A stretch of DNA of 57,947 nucleotides, the filler included, from Sphacelaria rigidula (taxonomy: Eukaryota): assembly GCA_964200075.2 (NCBI GenBank). It is 5 parts of 5 records of this genome, joined end to end, with 100 filler letters (N's around TTAATTAATTAA, not from the genome) between each part and the next. Parts side by side here need not be neighbours in the genome. Positions count along the whole stretch, not along the records: positions 46,439 to 57,947 come from CAXNAA020004849.1; 4 more parts are not named here. The stretch is one strand, 5' to 3'. How positions within the stretch are numbered: position 1 is the stretch's first letter; each line of letters opens with the position of its first letter. The notes below the pieces were generated by a model, which was given only the letters and a program-made list of their open reading frames with translations, was not told the origin of the DNA and ran no database searches. Below are positions 48,786 through 57,947 of the stretch, in pieces. A program made the translations under genes and the position numbers.

Positions 48786-49359
48786 GAGGGCGGGGGGGGG
48801 ATGAAGGGTGTTCATTGTTTATTCTTACAACTCGTCCTCACCGTTTCTGAGTTGTCAACTGAAGTTAGCGTGCTACGCTCCTCACAGTACCGTGCACTAT
48901 GAACGGAATGGCTTAGTGTACAGCAGCTAATAATAGTTGGGTTTGTGTCTCCCGTGTTTTGTTGCTACACCAAGTCCCAGTTCGTCTACAAGTTATGTTC
49001 TATTTCTCAGAGGAGGCACTGGGAAAAGCGGTGCAGGCGGACAGGGGTGAATCGATTTCTCGAGTCAAGTATTGTGAGAGGTCCGGCGGGGGGACTGATG
49101 TACATGAATGACATCACGCGGTGGGTGTTGCAATTTTGGTCAAACCCTCTTTGAAGAAGTCACCTAAACATTTATTAGCCAAAGCGTCTATCACCGGACG
49201 AAGTGGTGGCCATCTTGGGATAATTACACCGGCTACTTCCCAAACAAGTGCCTCGGCACGACGACATGAGGACAAGGCGCGGCCGAATCCAGCACATGAT
49301 GCGAAAGTACGACCACGAGCACATTGTGATGAACAAGAAAAGGCATCCGTGCCATATCC

Positions 49360-52300
49360 TCAAGGATCAAACTGCCTCATCTTTGCCTCGATGACGGAGC
49401 GCATGACGTCAACGCTCCCATCCAGCAACCCCAGGATATCGCTTCCCCGTACCTCCACCCCCTGTGCGCCCCCTTGCCAGAAATCCACTGCGGCGGTCCG
49501 GACCTCCGTATTGACGTTGAACTTACACACCCCCAGCTCGATCGACCGCCGTACTTGACCACTCGGCAAGCCGGAGGCCCCATGCAATGCGAGCAGAGTA
49601 CCCTGTTTTTCGCTGGCACCCCTCCCAGCTTGGGGGTCTAGTGCTCCCTGTGATGAACGTGATGAGGCGTCCCGTATTCGCTCTAGACGTGGAAGGTCCA
49701 GTTTTGGGTTAGGATTGGCGTATTTGCCGTGCACGTTCCCAACTGTAACGGCAAGCACATCCGCTCGTGTCCGTTCCAGAAACTCCGGTACCTGATTGCG
49801 GGCATGGTGGCAAGTGGTGGTCACCGGGACAGCACGACCTCGGTCAGAAAACTGCCTTGGAACGTCGTGCTGCAGTGTAATGCGCCTCGTATTGTGTATG
49901 TGTGCTGTGGCAATGAGGGCTCGGGTTATTAGCGTAGCCGTGTCGCTGGTGAGGGTGTACACCGCCGTTGATTAGTTCATACATTCATCGCGGTCCCGCA
50001 TTCATTCATCCGCTACGACCTCAGGCATGGTGACAAATGCATATGCACAACAAAGGTAAGATAAGAGTTACTGTCTAATTATCACCAACCTTGGATGAAA
50101 CGACCAAACCAGTCCAGGGTGTCAATAACGAAGCAGAATAAGGCTACCACCCCTGGGTTAGGGAGAAGTAGTCTCGTGAGCCACGGACTTGGCCGTGGGA
50201 CGTGCCTAGACAGCTCGTTCTTGTGTGGAGAGAGACAACAGAGTCGAAAGGATAAGCGGCCTCGAGGAGATGTCCGGAGACGTCCCCTCGAGTTGGAGTA
50301 TGACGACATGAATGGACATTGACCCGAGAGGACGGACTATTCTTCCTGGGGAAACATTCCCGGAAGTAAGACGGAGACATCAATATTCCTGGAACGGAGG
50401 GGAGGGATCCATAGATATTCTCGGAACTGCGTATGCCGAGGGAATTATGAATGATATTTTGAAATAATATATATTTTTTTTTTCATTAAGTCAATAATTG
50501 AAAACTGTTCGAGGATGGAATGGGAGCAACAACGTTTTCGTGAGATTGAGAGTAGAGGATACGAATGAGAGTGAAAAGCGGTCAATCAGTGAATGAGTCG
50601 TTTCAGTTCCGAAATGCCTCTCTACGAGGCCTGATATGCTTTCTGTAGCAGCTTGCCACTGAGGCCCTTGGTAGCCCCGAGTAGGATATCGACGTGTAGC
50701 TAGCTGTGAGCACACGCTAGTAGTGAAGGAGGCAAAGAAAAGCACATGCGGAACGAAAAATTGGCTAGGTTAAAGCGAATTACCAGGGCCACTCTCAATC
50801 AGTACTCTACTCTCAATCTCACGAAAATGTTGTTGAACATTGTTGGGATGGTTGGAATGAGAAATTAATTTTATTTTTGGGCAAGGGGGAAACAGTATAG
50901 ATCGCAAAATGATTCAATAACTCGGCAATTTTAGCAATCAGGCTACGAGCTGGGCCAGCCAAGAACAGGCGCGAATCTCGCTCAGGCGACGCACGGCGCA
51001 AAATTAGGAGTTGGACCCTGAAATTTTGACAGCAGCTTTTCATGATCGAAATGCAGAAGATCACGGCTCCAGCAATATTAAAAGACAAGAAAATAAAAAG
51101 TTATGGGCATTTGAAATTTCAGCAAAAACAAGATAATGCCATAAATCCAGGGAAAAAAGGAGAGTCAGCAGCTGGACTCGTGAAGTATCAGTTTCTTGGG
51201 TGCAGTCCTGAATTTTCAGCTCAAGACTCGTCGGATTGGGCCGTGCGTTCAACATTTTCCGTGACGCTGCTGCACCCCTATAAGTCAAGGGATGGGAGAC
51301 TCCAATTATGGAGGTCATGAGTTCGATCCCGACATATTTTCTTCTTTTTTTTCGTCCGTCGTTAATATCATACATTATGCAGTACATTTTTCCCATTTTT
51401 TTTCTGCATTCAGCGGCGGTGCCGTGTGTCACCAGGTTGGTCTACACTTCACAGTGATATGCTTACATCGGGTTCATTCGGGAAACTGGGGAAGCTGTGG
51501 CGTGAGCAAGTTTTAGCAGCTTTTAAGCTGGCCCAGCTCGTACTTCTGATGTATCAGAAGTAAAAATTGTTGAAAAGTGCATTCATGACCCTTCTCCGTC
51601 GTTTTTCCCTCGAAAAGAGGGCTAGGCGGCTGTTGGCACCTTGGAATGACTTGCTCTACTCGCTGAGACGGTTCCAGAGCACCCTTGCGTTTCCCGTCGG
51701 TCATGGTTTTGCTTTTGGCCAAACTTGCATTTTCAATAACAAACGGTCAAGTTACCGAAAAAATGACAAATAATGACAGTTTCCCCCCTGTATTTAGATA
51801 ACTTGACCGTTTGTTATTGAAAATGCAAGTTTGGCCAAAAACAAAACCATGACCTACGGGAAACGCAAAGGTGCTCTGGAACCGTCTCAGCGAGTAGAGC
51901 AGGTCATCCCAAGGTATCAACAGCCGCTCAGCTCTCTTTTCGGGGGAAAAACGACGGAGGAGGGCCAAAAATGCGCTTTTCAACAAGTTTTGGTTTTTGA
52001 TACAGAAGAACTAGCCTCAGACTAGCGGCCTGCGCAAGTGTCTCGACAGAAAAGGAATGGACAGACTAGCGACCCTTCGCAGAAGATGAGCGTACGTATA
52101 TATTTTGTCGACCCCAGGGATATCCGTTATCGTCCGCGATCGAGCGGCCTGTGTACTTGGTGAACGGTTTTCCCCATCAAAGGGGACCTGAAGGCACAGA
52201 CAGGGCTGCAGGTACATCCCACAAGGAGTGGACGTAGTCATACGTTCGTATCCCTGGGTGCTGCCAGCTTGCAACGCTGAAGATGCCAAGGGGATCGCAT

Positions 52301-55300
52301 CCGATCTCGAGCTTTCAGCCTAAACCGTCCGAATGACCGGATGCGACCTCCTTGCCTCAGCGTCGCAGGCTGGCAGCACTCAGGAAGAATGAAGTATGAT
52401 CCCGTCGACCCCTTTTTGGAGGTACCTATAACCCTGTGCCCTGTGCCTTGAGGTCCCCTCTGCTGGGAACACCGTTCTCAACCACTTCACTGTACTCGGG
52501 AGGTTGATGGAAATCAGTGGAGCCGACATGTAAATGTCCAGCATAGTTTAGGCTGAGTTGGAGGTGCCAAAAATATTGAGGGCGAAGGGGTTACGTGGTG
52601 GCGGGACAGTTTGACGTCGACTCGACACGGAGGCGGATCTTTTGCGTCTGGCATTATATGGCAGGTTGCGGGTAAAATCAGCTGAAGAGATAAAATAATA
52701 GCCAACGGTCGACAAAATTAGAAATTGGCCGAAGAGCTCGAACGTGAAGCGGTTGTATAGACGGGTCGTGTGTGAAATGCAACGTATGTAATCTGCAGAA
52801 AACAAGAGGGAAATTCTACGAATTCGCTGACAAGTGCGAGCGGGGAGTAACATCTGGACAACCGATCAATACCACTGTATAGCGGCTGTTCACGAAGGCT
52901 CGTTCGAGAAATGCACGTATCGAGATCTGCACCAAAAAATAGGAATATGTTTTCAATTTACCAATTCGCCGATTGTGATGAGCGGGGAGTAATTTTTGAC
53001 GAATCAGTCGATGAGCACGATCGTCTAGCGGCTGTGGACGTCGGGTCGTCCGTGAAATTCAACTCATTAGAATCTGCACAATACAAGAGACGGCTCGTCC
53101 GAGAAGTGCACGTATCGAAATCTGCACCAAACAAAAGGAATATATTTTTAATTAACCAATTCGCCGATTGTGACGAGCGGGCAGTGAAATTCGACGAATC
53201 AGCCGATGAGCACGATCGTATAGCGGCTGTAGGCATCGTGTCGTCCGTGAAATTCAACTCATTAGAATCTGCACAATACAAGAGACGGCTCGTCCGAGAA
53301 ATGCAACGTATCGAGATCTGCACAAAAAAACAGGGATAACTTCACCAATTAGCCGACTTTCACGAGCAGAGAGTAAAAATTGACAAATCAGCCGATGAGC
53401 ACGATCGTATAGCGCCTGTAGACATCGGGTCATCCGTGAAATTCAACTTATGAAAATCTGCACAATATAAGAGACGGCTCGTCCGAGAAATGCAACGCAT
53501 CGAGATCTGCACCAAATAACGGGAATACATTTACCAATTTACCGACTCTCATGAGCGGGGAGTACAATTTGACAAAATCAGCCGAAGAGCACGATCGTAT
53601 AGGGCCTGCAGTCGTCGGGTCGTCCGTGAAATTCAAGGTATGAAAATCTGCACCATAGAAGAAGTACAACTGAACAACTCGCCGATGAGCACAAGCGGGG
53701 AGAATTTACCATTTGGCGTGGTATGAGTATGTACAGATGGTGAGATGAACACCCACGCTTGGAGTGGTCACAGAGGGGCAAAGCGATGAGTTATGACGAA
53801 TTAGCGTTCGCGGCGGGAGACGATCGTGGGGAGGTATGGCCCAAGACGACGGACAGAGCGACACGGTACGTCATCTTTATTCTCACCTTAGCATTAATTC
53901 CCACCTGACATCGATTATGATTGTAATCTTACAACTTTACCGTCGTAATATATATGTAGTATTATTGGAATATAACAACGGTACCGTTCTAGTATGTGTA
54001 GTATGTATGTAGCATGTACTCCGTCAGAGTGAACACTTTATCGCTTACTTACGTACGTATGTGTCAGTAACGCCGTTAGGGGCTCCACTTTTTTTACTCT
54101 TTATATGTTCATGCGTCACTAACGCCGTTAGGAACTCCAATTTTATTTTCGAGACGATGGGACGCCAATATGGTCCCGTCGCGGTTGTGGATACGTGTAG
54201 ACTTGTGGACTACCCTGAAATATTTTATGCATATGCATGGTCAACGGCAAGTACTTCCGAACGCTGATCGTATTAAGGCCGAAGTCGAACGCACGGCCCT
54301 TTGTGAACTCTTGACGGCTGGTAGCAGCATGGCCTTACGACAAGGGACACATCAGCTGTGCGCACGTAACCTCAAGACCGCAGGTCTGCAATACTACAGA
54401 GACATGCCTTCGACTTCCAAAAGTAGAGCCTTGACTCTCTGCACAACAGAAAAAAACGCCTGCTCTCTACACAAGCAGCCCCCAACTTCACGTAAACAAC
54501 ATCTCAGCTCTACACTACTACACAGTGAGCACCTTCGCGGGATCAGTCATTTTCGCCTCCAATTCAGAGATGCACAGCCCGTCTTCCTCTCCAGCCAACC
54601 GCCCAAGCTCCGCCTCGACTGCCGCTCCCTTCTGGTGCGCAAGTGCTGCTAGCAAGGTCGTCCATTCTACATTATCGTCATACTCCATAGCGCTACCGTC
54701 GATCCTGCCACAACCGAGAAAAAAGAAAACACGAGCCGTCTTGAAGCGGTCTTAAATCGGGACCATTGAATAATAATGGATGAGCTTATTTCCATTATGC
54801 GATACTCTTAGCCTTGACCGCGAGGGTTGGTCATCTGGGCCATGCATGAATGCTTCAAGTGAAATTGATGCCGATTCAACAGACGACCTACACTAAAGCA
54901 GTCAAAGGGTTTATGCCCCATCAAACACACCTTCCTCGGGATGAGCTCTTCGTTTCGAGGAATCATGTCATTTCTCATCTCTCATCTCCCATCTCTCCAA
55001 CGATATCTATCTGGCTGACAATTTTGAAGTCGAACATTTTTGCCTCTCATCTTACTCCTCTCAACACCCGATCATCGAAATTGAGGATGGAGCGTTTTAT
55101 TGAGGATGAGGACCCGGAGAATCAAAATATTGGTATCCTCACCAAATCTTCGGAATATGGTTCCATTCCTTCACCTACTGCTACACGCCCTACAAATTTG
55201 GATTTCGATAACCGGAATGCTGGGGTCCCAGATGAAGAAATATTTTCGGGGGATTTAGGTGATATGATCGGATGGCCGAAATTCCTCGAAATTGGTTGTG

Positions 55301-57483
55301 CACTCAAGACCCCAACATGTCGAAATCACAACTTGTATGATGTGTAGTACTTGTCAATAGCTACCAGTAGGTGAAGGAGTGGAACCATATTCCGAAGATT
55401 TGGTGTGGATACGAACGAAGATGTTAATCCTCCGGGTTCTCATCCTCAATGAAAAGCTTCATCCTCAGTTTCGATGATTGGGTGTTCCTTGTTAGTTTTA
55501 TCTTTGTTTCATTCCTCCCTCTCCTTTACCTTTATTGAGCGTTTCTGATTCGTTTACCGTGGGTACGTCTATCGAGTGGACAAATGACCACGGCTGACTC
55601 CCTCAGGGATGACTTCATCTGCGACAAGAGACAAAAATCGATCAAATTTTGACCAGCACTCAACAGCCGATCATCCAAATTGAGGATGGAGCTTTCCATT
55701 CACGATGATAACCCGGAAAATTATAATCTTCGCATCCACACCAACTCTTCAATATATTATTATATTCCTTCATCTGCTGGTAGCTGTTGTCCGCTACTAC
55801 ATTCTATACACATTTCGATTCCGATGACCGAAATGTTGGGGTCCTCGGTGAAAAAGAAAACCAAAACACCAACTATCCTCGTTTTTTGTTCACTCACGCG
55901 CTTACGCGTTCAAGCACGGGAACCAAAAGGATCAACCATTGATGGCGAGAATCAAACAATCGAAAGTAATCTCGAATGTCAATCAGGTGCATCCTGCGCT
56001 CGACTTGTGTGTTGTTACTGAAGGGTCAGTCTAGATTGATTGCGAAAACGAAGAACCCGTGGTGCATGAAAAAATATGGCAGCTAGCCAGCTGTACATCT
56101 CGTGCTTGGTTGAATTTAAAGTGGTCTTGGGAGAGCACCGTACCCTAGGTGGAAAAATGAATGCATTCGGAACGATCCTCTGAGCTATTCTCTGGTCCCC
56201 AACATTCTTATGGACAGACTGACTGTACGACCCTCAGTAGCAATTCTGCTATGGAATACAGTCCACACGCTATATACCTAATGAGGTAGGTAGAACTGAT
56301 GAGAGTACGCACTTACTGTGGCAGTGAATAAAGAGAGAAGAAGCAATGAAAAATATGATTGTGAAACAGTTCGTTCAGGTGATAGCTGCTGCTCGAGGCG
56401 GTCGGTAAAAACGCACAAAAAAAACCCCGATCACGCAAGATCCACTTGTACCCTCACAAGAACTACAGTAACCCTCGAACGTCTATTCCTCGAAGCCCGC
56501 AACCGCCTCACATGACACTGTCCACCCCTGCCTCGAGCGCAGCCAATACATGATCTTTCGCATCCCCATGGTCGAGCTGCACCGATATCAACGGCCCTCC
56601 TGCCGCAGTGCAGGCACGAGCTGCACTCACGGCCGCTGAAAGAAGGGGAACGCCTCTCTGGAAACCCAGGGCTGCCGGGTGCGCCTGTCGAGGGAGCCCA
56701 AGGGGAACAGAGGGATAGTGTTGCGGTGTGCAGTACCGCTGGACATGGGCATCATGCTCCGGAGCGCAAGCGCGGGCAGTGGGCATGTGGATCATGACAG
56801 GATACTAGAGGCATAAACAAGAAGATAATATAAATTATCAACCCTGATGAGACAAGATTCTCGGCAAATTTGGATCGACAATGACCATTATAATACTTAC
56901 TGTACTGCAGGATATGTTCCACGGCAAAGTAACTTGTGTTTTTGCTGAAGTCCCCACAAGATGACTCTGTCGAGAAGAGACAAAACACAAACGGTATCTG
57001 ACTGTATGTTGTTCATCGCAATTTTTAAGAAATAGTGTGAGGACATGCAGGACTCGAAACACGGGTAAAACCGACCAATAGAATAAATCCTCAACAAACA
57101 AACAAGCAAGCAAACAAAAGAGTTTTCGGCGGGGCTGCGACTACAACCGTATTGTATGCAAAACGACGAGCTTGAGAAAATGACAACAGGCAAGACAAAA
57201 AACCCTCGAGTTGTTGCACCTGAAGGATAGCAGACCGGCCCGTTGCATCAGCTGCCGCGATCACCGCTTGAATGCCCTCCATGTTGTACACGGTGAACGC
57301 ACCGACTGCTGCCCCTCGACTCCTGGCCTCCGCCAAAATATCCAGCGTTCGGTTTCCTGAGCCCGACCCAGAAGCGTAGGGGTACACTACCTCGCCGGGT
57401 GGACTCGGTGTTTGCCGCGCTGTTTGTTCTCGAGCTTGTGAGTCTCCTCCCCCTGTGTTCCCGGATCTCCGCTTGGCACCTAG
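49360..57483 (-). CDS. Class II ketose-bisphosphate (fructose/tagatose-bisphosphate) aldolase domain, last four exons of a probably larger protein
   Basis: Phase-consistent GT-AG exons 57483-57220 (AVGAFTVYNMEG..AILQ), 56684-56512 (VQLDHG..GVDSV, phase 2), 54704-54533 (MIDGS..VEAELGRLAGEED..MTDP) and 49791-49360 (GNVHGKY, LHGASG, KFNVNT, stop). The zinc-ligand His motifs are intact. Confidence 0.92.
50527..50835. mobile_element. MITE family, copy 3 (intronic)
   Basis: 31-bp TIR CAACAACGTTTTCGTGAGATTGAGAGTAGAG with few mismatches. Confidence 0.8.
51544..52010. repeat. Long inverted repeat (foldback), arms about 210 bp, loop 44 nt
   Basis: 51544-51754 is the reverse complement of 51799-52010. 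Mirror ORFs appear on opposite strands in the ORF track. Confidence 0.9.
52162..52477. repeat. Second, more diverged inverted repeat, arms about 140 bp
   Basis: AGGGGACCTGAAGGCACAG pairs with CTGTGCCTTGAGGTCCCCT, GTGCTGCCAGC with GCTGGCAGCAC, and TCGCATCCG with CGGATGCGA. Confidence 0.75.
52720..53700. repeat. Intronic tandem repeat, unit 189-195 bp, about 4-5 copies
   Basis: GGCTCGT(C/T)CGAGAA recurs at 52897, 53092, 53287 and 53476. Confidence 0.9.
55063..55486. mobile_element. Foldback MITE with about 120-bp TIRs (AACACCC..GGGTGTT), plus a diverged solo arm at about 55662-55850
   Basis: ACCAAATCTTCGGAATATGGTTCCA.TCCTTCACCTACTG is present in both orientations. Confidence 0.8.
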
Positions 57484-57852
57484 CTGTTGAAGGGGGCAGT
57501 AAGGGGGGGTTGAGGTCAAAATTGAGCCGCATATGGCAGGGTGAACGGAGATATGTGAGATGTGGGTTCTGCCGCACGTGTCCCTGTTGCCTGTCATTAT
57601 TCCTGTTGCGGTACGTAACCGCAGGATTATCTCCTTGGGCGCCAGACAAATGCCACAAATGATCTTCAGGTGGGGATCACTAGAGGGATGCGCAACAAAA
57701 ACTTTGGTACGCATTAGACATGGGCTTGTGAATTGTCGACGGTGGAGTAACCAGCATGATGTGCTTCGCGTACCACATGATCGCCTGCGGTGCACTCGCT
57801 ACCCCGAGTCCTCCAATGCCTCAGCCGGCACTATAATAGAGAGCTCAGCGTT

Positions 57853-57947
57853 GCCGGTCGCCTCGGTGGCTCAGTTGATAACCTTGATACCTTCTGACGG
57901 TTGGGTCGTGGGTTCAATTCTCGGAGTGATCTGGGATTTTTTCGCAC
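57853..57947 (+). mobile_element. tRNA-derived SINE head, copy 3 (cut by scaffold end)
   Basis: GCCGGTCGCCTCGGTGGCTCAGTTG..GGTTCAATTCTCGGAGTGATCTGGGA, matching 12310 onward. Confidence 0.8.

Noticed and set aside
52911-53339. 142-aa ORF with an internal repeat
   Set aside because: Arises from the 195-bp satellite unit, and neighbouring units break the frame.

Overview
Eukaryotic, repeat-rich DNA, most likely from a brown alga (Phaeophyceae), judged from an EsV-1-7 repeat gene and short exons in multi-kb GT-AG introns. The window is not one locus. It is five scaffolds of nearly equal length (11511, 11509, 11509, 11509, 11509 bp) joined by artificial 100-bp spacers (44 N, TTAATTAATTAA, 44 N). 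Scaffold 1 holds a decayed Ty3/Gypsy LTR retrotransposon whose integrase ends in a chromodomain-like and a PWWP/Tudor-like module, followed by a 704-bp 3' LTR. Scaffold 2 holds five internal exons of condensin II subunit CAP-D3, with introns full of SINEs and MITEs. Scaffold 3 holds one uninterrupted reading frame of 20 tandem 37-38 aa EsV-1-7 C-x4-C-x16-C-x2-H repeats with hypervariable positions, nested DNA elements and a dead RTE-type LINE. Scaffold 4 is mostly decayed repeats. Scaffold 5 holds the last exon of a GDP-fucose transporter convergent with the last four exons of a class II ketose-bisphosphate aldolase, whose introns carry long hairpins and a satellite. The best leads are the PRDM9/TALE-like variable EsV-1-7 array, the possible double histone-reader tail on the Gypsy integrase, and a short high-copy element with one fixed end that nearly always sits in G-tracts. 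All family calls come from motif recognition by eye; no searches were run.
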